Origin: Lama guanicoe
Taxonomy: Eukaryota
Direction of reading: 5' to 3'
Length of the DNA stretch: 64,000 nucleotides
Assembly: GCA_013239625.1 (NCBI GenBank)
Contig: MU054323.1
Span: 20,295,082 to 20,359,081 of the forward strand
Shown here: positions 12,570-26,660 of the stretch, in pieces
Layout: each line of letters opens with the position of its first letter
How positions within the stretch are numbered: position 1 is the stretch's first letter
Program-made: the position numbers and the translations under genes
The notes under the pieces: model-generated
What the model saw: only the letters and a program-made list of their open reading frames with translations
The model's database searches: none
What the model was told of the DNA's origin: nothing

Positions 12570-15204
12570 CATAAGTTCTTGTGTACAGCCTTTTATTTGA
12601 TTTATTTTTTTTAACATTGTTTTGTCTGCTGCCATTTGTATCATGCCAACCTGAAAAGAAAACGTTGAAACTTATGCAATCTTTATGAGAAAGTAGTGCT
12701 CAGCAAAAGATTGGTGGGAAGTGATCCTATCCAGTGGGATTTTGTGATGAAACTGCCTAAAAACCCTTATTGAGGAGGCAATTTTACCTATAAGGTAGAA
12801 TAAAATTTGCCAGTTTACACTAATGAGAAATTGTATGTCTTTGTAAACCTGTCAGTTTCCCTCAAACCTTTTATAATTATACGACATTATCAAAATTCAC
12901 AGTGTTTCATAAGAAATTAGAAGATTTAGCAAATTATAAGTGAATTTTAAAGTCTTTTGGGTAAATTTTCTGAAAATATACATTTACTTTTTACAGGCTG
13001 GTGTCCAGATTTGTGGTTGAGCATTCCTTCTATTTGTCCAATTTGGTTTCCATTTCATAAATCATATACCAAGTATATTACCACATAATGTTTACATGAC
13101 TTTATTACTCTCGTTTTCAGCACATTCAGTCTTGCTTATGTTTTTTGGGTTTTTTTTTTTTTTTTGTTAGGACAAAGGTCATATGTACCAGTGAATTGTA
13201 GGTTGTTGTTATTACCATGTACCCCTAAATGTGTCCCTAATCTGTGTGTGAGCTCTGATTCTAGTCTTGCTACTTTTAGTTACATTCCTGGTTGGCATGT
13301 TAGAGCCATGCAGCTTTTTTCCCTAAAGGATGAGAAAACTTGCTGTCTGGCCTAACAGGAAGTCTTAAAGACATTCAGTAGATATTTTATCTGTCAGATA
13401 AGAAATTTCTTATTATGAGATGTTCCATTTTGATTTAAAGAGGGTATCTGTAGAAGGAGTGATGATGATTCAAAAACGTTTTTTGTTCCTAAAGATAATT
13501 TTCAGCAGAACAGTTGGAAGGCTTTAAAACTTACAGATAAAAGCTTTACAAGAAGAAGAAAATTGCTTTGTAAAGGGAGTGGAAATTGGAAGTAATCTCT
13601 TCATTCCTTGGAGGGGAAATTTAGCTACATTAGACTCATGTGTATTTGAGAACTTAGATGTATATTGAGGTTTTTTTTTGCTAGCATTTCTGAATTCATG
13701 GGTTTATGTTATTATCACTTTCTTTCCACTTTAAGAAACTGGAAAATATTTATATCCATCTAAACTGCTCAGTTGATTTAAAACACATACTTTCTTATAT
13801 AGTTTTGTAAGTATAAAGAATAATAAAACGTATGAGAAAGAAGATGAATGAAATTCTTCCATTAAAATTGGTCAGGATTCAGGATCATCTTTTGTGAAAA
13901 GAAACCATCACCAACTAAATTGGCTTCTGAGGAAGCTCCTGTTTCCCATTAAGTCTCTGTTAATTTCTCAGTTAATTTCTAAATTATCCTTATTTCGGTT
14001 GTTCTTCAATGAAGTATATTCTTCTGTCACCTCATTTAAACTTTTCTCAATTGAAAGGTCACGGTACTGAAAAAGGGTCAAGATTAAATTACCGGTATTT
14101 CTGCAAACGTATAGCTATAATGATAAAAGAACAGAGTCATTTGTTGTGATGCGATTCAAGGAGCATATTTTATTTTGTATTTAGCTTCACTGGTCAAGTT
14201 ACATATAGAATCAGGTTCTCAGAATAATTTGACCTTGAAATTTAAAATTATAAAATTTCAGCAGCCACCTACTCAGTACCTTCTCCACTGGCAAGCAACT
14301 AATGAATTCTTCCTAACATCTAATTGCTTTTTGCATTATCTTCTCCCATCTTTTATGTACCTTACAACTTCTTTAGCAGATTCCTTGATCTTGGCTTGTT
14401 AACAGGATTAGGTGTTAATAATAACATATCTGTACACAACCATGTTTATGGTCCAGTGGGAGGGTGAAGCTGTATTTTTGAGTAAACTTTCCTTAGTTTC
14501 TCAAAGGTAGTGGTGACCCTGTCCCTCCCTAAAAATTTAAGAATCAGTATGATGCAGTATGAATGCACTTTCAGGTCAGGTGAAAGTTTGTAATTCTAAA
14601 GATATTGATGGGTCAGGATCTCCAATTAATGCTTTTAAAATAATTCTTCATAATACTGGGAAAGGGAAATAGTTTTCCCTGTGATCTTGAGACTCTTCTT
14701 ATAAGTCCTGTAGAAGTTGACCCCTTCCATGGCTTCTGGCCTTGGCAGCACCATCACAACCAGCATCATAGCCAGAGTTTGTGGGGTGACAGACTGCCTA
14801 AGAGTGAAGAAGTGGGGAGCTGAGGAGATACATTCTCAATTACAAGAGGGTGAGCATAACCACAGCCTTGAGTTCTTGACTTACAAGTTAATCCTTGTTT
14901 AGAAGAATTTTTTTTTTTTTGCTTGTTACAGCAGCACTCTCTGGCCTTTATTTTCATTAAGAAGCTAGTATTAAGGAATATAGTATAGTGACAGGAGAAT
15001 CTTGTTTGCATATCCATAAAGTATCGCGAAGAAAATGTAAGAAGTAATATCTGTGGGAAGGGAAACTGGGAGTCTGAGGCCAAGAGGTGGGAAGGAGACT
15101 TTCCACTGTTCATTCTTTTAAACTTTTTCAATTTTGAGTCATGGGAATAAATTTCCTATTAAAAAATAATTTAAAAACTGAAATAAGTATATAATATGAC
15201 CAAA

Positions 15205-15224
15205 ATATATATATATATATATAT
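15205..15224. repeat. (AT)10 microsatellite
   Basis: Directly visible. Confidence 0.9.
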
Positions 15225-16079
15225 ACAAACATATATATGATTTTCAAAACCGAATCCCCAAATACCTATTTAATAATAATACCTTTATACATGAATGTAT
15301 AAATCCATGCTGGAAATTGCTAACGTCAGTATAGTGCCTGAGCCAGTTCTACCACATAGATAATGCCTATTAAAAATGGATTGCTAGACCAAAAGCCAAA
15401 GCACTGCATAAAGAAAGGTCCCATGTCCTTGACAAGATTTGCAGACCAACAGCATAGTTGTATCGATTCAGACAGCCTGCCTCTTTTCCCCCTTGACACC
15501 CCTCCCCTCAGTAAAAGAGCCATGATGTTATGATAATGTTATTTCTCCGTTGTTACTGTCATCAGACATGACTAGTGAGTTACTGAGTGACTTGTCAAAG
15601 GTCTGTAAAATCACCCAGTGCCTGGTGAGCACAGGGTTTCTATTCGACACTCAGGATCTAGAGACTTAGGTTAAGTAGAAGTAGGTATGTTAGCAGCATT
15701 CCATAGATGAAGCATAAGTGCCCAGAGAAGTGGATCCAAATGAGTTACCTGCCAGCTCTGTAGCTTGCATGGGTAATTAAGTGGTTTCTGAGTTGATAAC
15801 ACACCAGACTTGAATGACAGCACCATTCCCCAGTATGAACTTCAAGAGACACCTGGAGCCCTTTTTTCAGTTTGAAGATGCTAATTTACCTTCAGAAGTG
15901 TCCCAAGGGCTCATATTCAGAAGAAATTTGTTAAATATTTTGAGTTTTTCCAGAGATTTCTCAGCAAAAGTTACTACTACTAATCCTATAAAGTTTTGTG
16001 GAAATTTAATTTCTACAATTAGGAGAAAACACTTTTGGCTTATTTATTTTGGTAGTTTATTATTTTGATAAAATTTGTT

Positions 16080-17000
16080 TTTGAATGGATACTTTAGATT
16101 TTCCTAAAGGTACAAAAGCAGTTACAAATGTCAGTGCCATTCTCATTCCTGTCTTTTTCAGAGGTAGCCATTGTCATCAGTGTCTAAGTATCTAGAGACT
16201 TTGTGTCTAACAGAGTAGGTGCATTTTTGTTCTTGTACCATTGTTAATGTCTACATTGTTCTGCACCCTGCCTGCCTTCCTTAACATATGCTGGAAGCCA
16301 TTCCATACCAGTACAGTAAGAGCTTCCTCCCTTTATATCAGCTGCATAATAATCTATTTTATACTTGAGCCAGTTCCCCTATTTAAAAAAGTTTTTAGGT
16401 TGTTTGCAGTCATTTTCTATTATAAGTAATGTTACAACAAATATTCTTCTACAGATATCATTTTAGACTGATGTGTGAAATGTGCATGTAGTTTACAGGA
16501 TAGATCCCTAAAAGTAAGACATCTGGGTCAAGCAACATGCATTTTGAATTTTGATAGTCACTACCCAGTTGCCCTCAGAAAACCAGTTTACACTCCTACC
16601 ACAAGTGCCTGTTTCTCTAGAACTTTGTCAGCAGTGTTATCCACCTCTGAAACCCTTAACTAGTTGACCGATGACATGTAAGTTATATTAGCTTGCATTT
16701 TGAATGGGGTAGACATGTTTGTATATATTTGAAAACCATTTGTATTTCCTTTTTTGTCAACTGTTTCTGCCCCAGGCCTGTTTTCTATTAGAAGTCTTAC
16801 TGACTTGTGGGAACTTTTTATATTTTAAGAAAGTTAACTCTTGATCTGTGATGCAGATGCTCCCCCATATTGTCTTTGATTTTGTTTATGACGTATTTCC
16901 CAAGCAGATTTTTTTTAAGTAGTTGAATTTATCTCTCTCTCTCTCTTTTTTAATTGCACTTGGGTTTTGTATCTTGTTTAGAAATACCTAATTCCTATGA
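16080..17000 (-). mobile_element. Old L1 (L1ME-like) 3' fragment
   Basis: Antisense L1M 3' phrases (gttgtttgcagtcattttctattat, ttttgaattttgatag, ttgtatttcctttttt). Confidence 0.6.
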
Positions 17001-19557
17001 GAAAATTCTGTGGATAGTTTTACTTTGATAGCAATTTTGAAGGCCCATGTGAGGTATTTTTGTGAATTTTAATTCATTGTGGGATTTTTTTTGTAGGTTT
17101 TCTAATACTTCTAAAACATTTTAGAAAGAGGGTCATGAGTTGCAAAAATGTAACTTTTTCCAGATTTACCTCAAGGAGGTGTAAATCACCCTTTAGGAAG
17201 CCAGGGAAATGTGCCTCATGCTCAGTCAGAAGGTTTGAGTGACATGAAGATGCTCTCCCTCTCTGGGTGGAGTTTGATTCCTTCTGGCTTCTGGGGCATT
17301 TCTCAGGTTGCTTTCTTTTTCTGTGTTTTTAATGCATACTAATGATCTCTGTTTAAGTAAGTCACATGAATAATCTGAAAGCAAGGACTGACGGCAAAGC
17401 GGTACCAGTAGCCTGGTCTTGAGTGCAGCCGAGATTCTGTTTTTAGCCTGCTCAAGTATGGACCTGATCATCCTATATTTATGATCATTACTTCCAGACA
17501 GAAGCTATTTCTTCTCTTTATATCCAGTAAAATCGCTGAATGGATGCATTTTTTAATGTTAAACACTGACCAGGTAGTCTTAACACCCACCTTTCATCCT
17601 CATTTATTCATAGTTGAGACTGATAATTCTTGCCACCAACTACTTCCTTTAAAATATAATGAGAATTGATAAAACATGGATCCTTCTAAGGAGCTTTGAT
17701 CTCCCACTTAGATCCTGTATAAATTGTCCCTTGGAACATTGCATAATTAATCTGTTAATTTAGTGAGAAATTAAAAGCAGATTAATTTAAAGAGAAATGT
17801 CTTTGGGTATTGTGTTGGTGACGCCTTTGATGGGTTTGTTGATTATTGTCAAGGTGACAGTCACGTGGGAGTCCATCACTTGAAACAACAGTGGCAGTTT
17901 TCCTTTGGGCCTTATAAACTGGATTAAGGAAGCAAGTTAATCTTACTGCTAGTAACACAGTAGAGGTTTTTTCCCAAAGCATTGAAGAAATGCCAAGATG
18001 ATGCATTCAAGCTCTATTTTATTAACATGTTTTCTCTTATCCTCTTCCTAAGTAGAACTTGAATTTTAGGTGAATTAGTAATGTTAGGAAGGAATTATTT
18101 AGTATTAACTCAGTAAATTGACAGGGATTCAGCATTCAGGGTTTGGGCTGCTGTTTGTTTATATTACTCCTCCAAAATTGGCTTATTACATACCCTCCTG
18201 TATTGTCCCTCTTACTCAACAATAGGTGAAAAGCTTCATACCATAGTAATCTTTTTTTCCCCTCAAGGGAAATCAGCTGAATAGGAGGAAAAGAAATTGG
18301 ACCATTTATAGTTGTCAGTGGTTGCATAATAATTAGCTAGTGCTTGGAATACATATTCAGATTCATATTATTTAAAGCTCCCTGCAGCATGTTGTCTATT
18401 TCAATATTTTAAAATGCTACTTTCCCACCTTTTTCTGTTTAACAGTTACTAGAAAAGAGTTTGCTTGATGAAAGAGAACTAGAGCTTATGAAAAAGTTAA
18501 TTTTTAATTATCTGAGATTCCAAATTGAATTGTACATTTTAATGCTAATAGTACAGAGAATTCCTATGAATGTCAAAGGAAATTTCCTATATGTAGGCCT
18601 AAAAATGTGGACTCAGCCACAGAAAACCTGTAGGACATTTTTGTCAAAAATTTGAAGGTGGGGAAAAGGCATAAACAAAGCAGAATCACGTCTGCTAAAG
18701 CTACTCTGTTAAGCTTTATGACAGTATCTGCAAATTTTAAAAATACATCAGTGCACTCTTTTTTGTAGTTTCAAACTGTATAACTTACCTGTTTGATATG
18801 CGAGGCCACCACGTTCCACATCTACTCTTCCATCCTAATGACAGCTAATTAAAACAGAGTGTTTGTGTTGTGTGCTTTATTTTTCTCTGTCTGAAATGTA
18901 TTATGGTAGGGTATGTGGAATGTGATGTGAAATTTTATTAACTAATACCCATCACAATATCATTCTGACCATCGGATGAAAGAGTCTGCATACATGTAAC
19001 CTTTTAAATCTCAGCACTAATGACATTGTAATAGGATATGAAGGATGGAAAACTACTGATGAAACCAAATGGTCCATTTTTACCTGTGATAAGCTCTCAC
19101 CTAATGGAACTGAGTTTAATCAAGATACATGCAGACTCCTCAGTGGAGAGGACCTCCGTCTAGGTCAGGGATGGACAACTGTGCTGCCTTTGTCTTCATG
19201 CCAGACTAACCTTACATTAGGACTGGTTCCACCTCATACTTTGTGAAAGTTTTTCTACTGTCATTCAGAAACAGCATGGCTAGAAAGGAAGCATATTTCC
19301 ACTGTTCTACACACACAGAAAGAAAGAATGAGTGTGTAAGATGGGACTTTAAAGGGAGGATTCTCCAGGTAAAATCCCATTCAGTAATTTGGAACCAGAA
19401 CTGGAAATGGCTTTCTCAAGCCCCAAAGGGAATTATGGAGGAATCTGGTGGATCTTTTGCACTGTTTTCCACTTGCACATTTTATTTCTGTGCTGTGTAT
19501 AGTGTAGGCAGAGAAATCGGCCTCATTGGTTGTCTCCATGTTTCTCTCTCTCCTCAG

Positions 19558-19644
19558 ATGCAGACAGACATGCGGAACTATCTGGAAGTCCACTGAAAAG
19601 CAAAAGCACTAGGAAACCTTTGGCATGTATCATTGGGTATTTAG
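19558..19644 (+). CDS. MTA3: MTA3 long-isoform exon (Y)[28 protein letters not shown]
   Basis: tctctctcctcag|AT GCA...TTA G|gtgggt; 87 nt, phase 1/1. Confidence 0.95.
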
Positions 19645-19951
19645 GTGGGTATTTTCTAATAGAGGAAAAACTCAACGATTTCTGTATCTTGTGATTGGCT
19701 ACTCAATACTGGCATACCTAAATTAAATACAAGCCTTTCAAATGGCTGAAACTGGATACCTTAATATGTATAGTCAATTTATTTCAGAAACTTTTAATTA
19801 CCAAATCACACACGCAACATGCAGTGTTACAGATGTTTACTTTTTCCAAGAAAAATCATTGAATAAACATGTAAAGTATCTATGGATATAAATGCAGATT
19901 AAGCAAAAAGAGGAAAATAAGAATTACTAAATTATTAGAGGGTGAATATCC

Positions 19952-20095
19952 TTTTTTTTCTGTTGAAGTATAATTGACTTACAATGTTATATTAGTTTCA
20001 GATGTACCACGTAGTGATTCGACATTCATACACATTATGAGGTAATCACCATGATAATTCTAATTATCATCTGTCATCATTCCAAGTTATTAAAA
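19952..20095 (-). mobile_element. 5'-truncated L1 3' end
   Basis: Poly-T then gttgaagtataattgacttacaatgttatattagtttcagatgtac; degenerate flanking duplication gggtgaatatcctt / ggatgtatattctt. Confidence 0.7.
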
Positions 20096-21079
20096 ATTAA
20101 GGATGTATATTCTTAATCTTTTGATTAGGTCATTCCACTATTTCAAGCCCTCCTCACACCTTCCCTTAAACAGAGAAGGATCACTTTATTTACTTTTTCT
20201 TTTTTTTAAGAGATGAAACTGGTTTTTAACCCACCTTTAAAAAATATTTATAGTATTGATGTGCCAATTAAGGTTACTTTGAAAGGGCAGCGTTAGTATT
20301 GCTTTCTGGTTTTTATCATGTTATTTAACTTAGAAGTCACCAAAGATGACTGTTCCATTTACACTTTGAAATATCATAATTAAGAACAGCAAAAAAAAAT
20401 TACTAGGCAATACCCCCTGCTTTTTTGGGCAAAATTTTAAGATAAATAATTTACACAATAATGGTTTCTAAAATGGTTCCTACTATACCTATAAGCTATA
20501 ATGACATGTTTTTGTGCTTCTAATAGTCTTGCTTTTTCATCTTCTCAGTAAAAGTGAAATGTTCTCAGAGTTGCATTGAACCTTATTACTCTGCCAGCAA
20601 GATTTATACTTATGAAGTGTTTAGACTTTAGACATCCACTCTTTTAAAAATCAAAGGGTAGGCTTAAACTTGGTGTATTATCTGGTCCTCACCAGAGCAT
20701 CCTAGAAGTCAGAGGCTCACAGCTCTCTTTGATGTTACTTCGCCACATTATTTCCTGTTTTATTCCTCAGGGCCTAAAGAGCTGCTTCAGTACCTCCCGA
20801 AAATATCACATGGTTAAATCATAGGCACGACCTAGGTCATGGTGATCAAGTCTTTGAAGTTTGCTATCTGTCTTCCCTTGCAGGGTCTAAGCCTAGAGGC
20901 CCCTACCACCTTGCGAGGAAAAGTTTCTGATCATAAGAAATAGAACATACCATTGCATATCAGTCAGCATCTCCGTAGGAAATTATGTGTTCCTCCTGTG
21001 GGCGAAGTGGTCTCTGTCCCTACTACTAGATAAGCCCACAGCTGTGCTGTCCTTACTAGCTGAGCCACACCCCTATACA

Positions 21080-21530
21080 TCTGTCTGAGTATTTATTATG
21101 TATAAGAACTACACTAAGTGATTTGGGGAACACCAAGATGAATATGACCTTGCCCTTAAAATCTTAGTCTAGTGGAGAAAGCACACAGGTAAGGACAGTT
21201 GAGCAAAAGATTAGATCCTGTAGAAGAATCACAAGTAGTAAGCATTGGACATTTGGAGAAGGGGGTAGTTATTTCTGATGAGCGTTAGGGCAGCCTATGT
21301 GAAGAAAGTAATCTGAGCCTTGAAAGATATGTAGTATTTGAATAGATAGAAAAATAGAAAAAGAGTATTTTACCCCTTAATGAGGCCAAGAGAACTATAT
21401 AGACAAAGACTCCTTGAGTCTAAGGACCTGAAAACAGGATAAGATAAGGTGGGTTATCTGATCTGATGGAGTGTAGAGATTAGTGATTGTAATGAAATAC
21501 GAGGTTGGCAAACCTTCAATACCATGTCAG
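21080..21530 (-). mobile_element. Degenerate LINE-2 fragment
   Basis: caagatgaatatgaccttgcccttaaaatcttagtctagtggaga...tgagccttgaaagatatgtag pattern. Confidence 0.55.
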
Positions 21531-22529
21531 GGGCGGGGGCGAATCCAGCACTATATTTTGGTTAGTACCTCATCCATTCCTAAATTTTGGATGTTGACCA
21601 GACGGAGATGGAGTAATTCTAACACTCCTAATGGCTCTTTGTAAATTTCAGTAAATAAGGCTGATATCCTGGCCCTCACCTGAGAAGACAGGGTGGCTTG
21701 TACATGGTTGGCGTGCTGGATGGTGTCTCAGAATCAGTGAAAAGGTTTAGCTTTAGAGAGAGGTTGCCTAGTATTAGTAATAGGCTGAGGTCCTTAAATC
21801 CAGTTTCCTGAGCGTTGCCATTTCTGTCCAGCTGCTCTATCCAAAAAGTGCAAGTAGTTCTGGGCTGTGTGACTGACAGCAACATACTCGACACAAGCAC
21901 AGACATACCACAAGCACGTTGCAGTTTTGTGATATATCCTCAACCAAAGCTTTTCTCCTGCTACCTCTTAACTCTAGTATTTGGAGTTTGGTGTCAGATT
22001 TCATCCAGAGCAAACTGTTCTGGGCTGGGAGTGACTGACCCTGGTTGTATATTTTGGCCGCAGAGCCAGAGGAGGAATCCTGGTGTTTCACAAAGCTCTG
22101 ACACCCCAGACGTGCAGCACACTATGTTCCTGGTTTGAAAGCGCACAGAGGTAGTTTTTTCCTAGGCTACTTCTCCAGATAACCTTTGGATTTCTAATTC
22201 CGTGAAGAGTCAGATGACTTATTCCCTTAGTAAATCTCGTGTTTAAGTGACCTTCTGAAGTGGCTCCCCCTGCCCCGCCACTACTCACAACGTGAAGCTC
22301 AGAGCTCCAGCTAGCAGGGCCAGAACCAGCTCCCTTTTGATAAATAAAGCCAAAGTAACAGCACTTGAAGTTGATTCATTATGTAAGTCCTTGGGAAAAC
22401 AGGCTGGCTCATAAGGAACTGGCTCTCAGCTCATTAAGAAATAAGATGTGTGCCTATTAGCCAATGTAAGTGCACACAGATTTTTAATACCATGTTCTGA
22501 GTTGAGAAACCTTTTCTCCCCCCCATCAG

Positions 22530-22676
22530 AGATCCATCCTTCGAAGAAACCTAATGTAATTCGATCGACACCAAGCCTGCAAACCCCAACTACCAAGCGG
22601 ATGCTAACCACCCCGAATCACACGTCTCTGAGCATTTTGGGGAAAAGAAACTACAGTCATCACAATGGCCTGGATG
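22530..22676 (+). CDS. MTA3: MTA3 long-isoform exon (E)[48 protein letters not shown]
   Basis: ccccatcag|AG ATC...GAT G|gtatgt; 147 nt; contained in ORF 22448..22684. Confidence 0.95.
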
Positions 22677-24756
22677 GTATGTAAGCCCAGGAGTTCTGGG
22701 GGCTGATCCCATGGGCCAGGGCCTCTCTGCCTTTGCCCTCTCCAGAGTGTCATCTGCCACGTCCCGGAACGTGTAACAGACAGGTTCTACCCCCGGGTTG
22801 AACTATCTATGTGGAAAGAGGGTAAGAGGGGAGGCTGCCTACCATGTGCCACAGTGAAGACACCTTGCCAAGTGATATTTCTCCATCTCAGAAGGGACTT
22901 TTTTGCTCACATGTCCTGTTAGGAGGCTTGTTGGGAAATGAAAGCCTGTATTTAGCAGGCTGTCTCTGCTGGGTAATAATGCTCTTGCTGTGATGCACGC
23001 TCGCTGCTCACTTACGTTTTCTTGAGCAGAAGGGATTATTTCACCTTGTGTCTGAGACAGCAGTGCTGTCTGGGGGCTCTTCAGTGTTCTGTGGACCATT
23101 CTGAATTTGGCATTTGTCCCTTACTTCTTCCACCTTATAAATTTTCTTAATTGCTCGAGAGTACTACAAGTCATGAAAAGAACTGCCTGGGTGATGTCCT
23201 AAATACAGAAATAATAATTTGTTTGAAATGGAAAAACTGAGAAATACCACTTCTTATCCAAAGTACTTCTCTTAGGCTTGGCCATATAATGACTCTCCAG
23301 GTGGAACTGAATTATCTTCCCATTTGGACTGTAAACACAAGCATAATAAATCATCCAGGAAATATATATTGTTCATTTCAAGAGTTCTGGAGTTCAAAGC
23401 TGTCTTGATTGTTTAAATTTTGGCATTTATAAAAAAAAATGTTGGCATTTATTTATGAATAAAGCTCTCTCCAGGCTTTTCATGTCTTACGGAACTCTAA
23501 ATTCCCTCAGTGACAGTGTATTATTTATCATGAGGCCTTAGAGTAAGGATGTGGAATAGACGTTCTAGTAATAATTTCCCATGGTTGTTTTCCTTCAGTA
23601 TGACTTCTGATGGTCACGGCAATGTCAGAATGAATAAAGAATCGAGGGTGAAGAGTTTAGTTTGCATTTAAAGATATCAATGTGTTGTAGATACGGCTTT
23701 CAAGAATTTAGCTACACAACAGTCTTGCAGAAATACTTCCTTGCTAATGAGAACATCGGTCATCTTTGCCACAGTGATATGCCTGATATCTAGACAGCAG
23801 AAGTCCAAGAAAGGATTGTGTCAAAACGAGATTAGATTTCTTTCCAGCTTTTCCTTGCCCTCAGTGTGAGATCTTTGGATTCAGGCTTAAATGGAATCAG
23901 GAATCTTCCTTTTCCATCTTATAACACCCTGGGCTTTCTAGGTTTATAGTCCTACTGCAGAATGCATAAAGTAAATTCTGGTTTATTTGAGATATGTGTA
24001 TGTTCTTTGTGGTAAAAAGACCCCTCCATGACTGATGTTGGAATAGCGGCTTTCTAGTACCTTTCTCTGCTCACGCCCGATGATGACAGTCATTCTGGGC
24101 CTCAGCCCGAGCCCTGCATTGCAGCTCCTGTTGCTCTTTCTTTGTGTCACAGGCACCTGTCTCTTTGGGATTTCTAAAAAAATGCCACTCTGTAGTGTTC
24201 CCTCTCTAGGGCTCTTTGTCCCATTTCCTTCTGAATGAATGCTGTTGCCAGGGCATTGCTCCTCTGTTGTGAACAGGAGGAATGGACAGGGCACACAACA
24301 AACCCCCGGTGTTAGGCTGACTGAGATGTTCAGCCTTGTGAGGCTGAGACAGTCTCGTTTTCTGAAGAGACCAAGCTGTTGAAACACTTTTTTCCTCAAG
24401 ACCCATTGGTCTTTGCTCTCCTGTCGTGGTACCAGGAGGAAGGCTGATAACATGAGCCTTACTGCCTTATCTTACCTGATTCACAGGACAGAAGGTTCCA
24501 GGGCAGGGAGTTTAACTGTTTTGCAGAACACTGTATCTCTACTGCCCAGTATAGTGCTTGGAACTGGGTAGATGCGCAATAAATGTTGAATACGTGAAAG
24601 TGATTGAGAAAAATGAGACCTAGAGAGGTGAATTAAATGTTCCCAAGTTACCAGATACCATATAAATGGGTTGGGACTCCCATTCAGGTGTGACTGATTT
24701 CAGGCTCTGCTTTTTTAACCACTGTTATAAATGAGATTGTGGCTCTCAAATGCACT

Positions 24757-25250
24757 GTATTAGTCAGCAAAGTAGAAACTACATAAGTTATTTTAACAGC
24801 TCATTTGATATAAGAAGTCAATGTGACAGGTATTGGAGGACAGAATAAGTAAACAGGGGAAATGGGCCTGGGGCAGGGGGAGAGGGAGACGGACAGAAGC
24901 AACCACCATCCCTAGAGCTGGAAGACCAAAAGGAAGAAGTCGGGGTAATCACAGCTAGAAGCTCAAGGAGGGGCCCCAGGGAGCTGGGTCTCAGACCCTT
25001 GAGGAAAGGGCTGCTCTGTCGGTGCTGGCATCTCTCAGGAGGTGTGATGAGGCTGCTTCCGGGGGTGTGAAGTAAAGCTGGGAACTGAAACCAACTCCTC
25101 CAGCCTCCCAGGTGCCTTCTAGCACCCCCTACTGGTGTAACAGGGAGCTGGATGGATGGCAGGGAGTCCCAGCCCCACCCAGCATCACAAAGCTGAGTTT
25201 AGCTGAATGGATGTGGAGCTGAGGGGCAGGAGTGTAACAGAAACACACAC
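24757..25250. mobile_element. Old ERVL/MaLR-like solo LTR
   Basis: Starts tgtattagtcag, ends ...taacagaaacacaca; architecture resembles 34777 and 62140. Confidence 0.45.
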
Positions 25251-26514
25251 TTTAGAAAATGTCTCCATTTTTGTATTCTCAGTGGACCTTTTCCTTGGGA
25301 TAACTGGTCTGTTTATTATTTCCTCAGGATATAGGATCCTAACTAACCTGGGTTTCCAAGGTGAACTCAAGTACTACAGAAAACTTTAGGCTAATAGTAA
25401 GTTTTCATGGGAGAGTTAATACCATTAAATATTGGAATTGATAGATACAAATTCATGGGAAGGCTTTGCCCTGTGTGATCCAATAATACATAGCAGTTAG
25501 CACTGCTATGGTATTATGAGCATGTCAGACAGATGAGTGCACCACACAGGATGTTGATGGGCAGAACTAATTCAAGTGGAAACAAAACCTGATTGTATTG
25601 AAATATCCAGGTCTCTCAGCTTTAGGGCCTCCTGTCCCTTTCTCAGAGCCCTACCCCCTTCACTTACCCTCCATTTTCAGTTGGAGGTTCTTGACGATGA
25701 GAAAAGGGTTTCTGAATTTCTGCTAGTAGAAAGGATTTTACCTGACACTTAAACACACACACATATACAAACAAAAAACAGTGGACAGCTTCGTATTACC
25801 TTCTGAAAGTCACTGTCCTTCACCTGGCCCTGGCCCTGTAAAGGCCCTGATGTGACTGGGAGTCAGGCCTCTGTGTCCTCTTAAACCATGGCACCTAGCC
25901 ACACACAGACCACTGTCGACTGTCCTAAAGGAACTTACATTCCAAGGATGAAAAGGAAATCTGCATAAATAAGAAGCCTCATTATTTGGAGTCAGTAGTG
26001 ATAGAAGACTGAAGTTTCAAAATGTAGACCAACCCAGGTCTGTCAGCCCCCCTGCACTTCAGTCTCTCCCATCAGGCTGTTGGTCCCGTGCGGTGCCCCA
26101 TGCCATCGTGGTGCTTTCCAAATTCTGTCTCCTTCTCTGACTTACACATACTTTGATGACATTCTTATTGCCAGCAAACCAAGAACCTACCACATTTGGC
26201 TGACTTGGTTTACTCCAAGTGACTATGAGGAGAGAAGGCCCTGAGATCAGTTGGGATACAAGAGGTGTTACTTTCCATATCTGAGAGCCCAAAAGAGGCG
26301 GCAGCAGGGGAGATGGGATTTGTGCCATGGAAAAAAGAACATCTGAGTGTTTGGAGTCAGATGGGATTACTTGCTGACTTCTCTGATTATTTCCTGTGTG
26401 GTTTTGGGTGAATTGCTTATTTGTTTGTTTTTTTCCTCCTCTATAAAGTACAGATTTCATTTGCCTTAACAGAGTTGCTATAATGATTAAAAATTTTCAC
26501 CAACTCTGTATCAC

Positions 26515-26660
26515 TTGATCTTCCAAACACCTTATGAGGTAGATGTTATAACCTGAATTTTAATAGTGAAAAAAGCCGAAGCTCAAAGAGGTGAGGGGAT
26601 TTGCCCAAAGTCACACTGCTAGCAAGTAGCAGAGATGAGACTTACAATACAAATCTAGAT
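26515..26660 (-). mobile_element. MIR SINE
   Basis: gaagctcaaagaggtgaggggatttgcccaaagtcacactgctagcaagt is the antisense MIR core. Confidence 0.7.
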
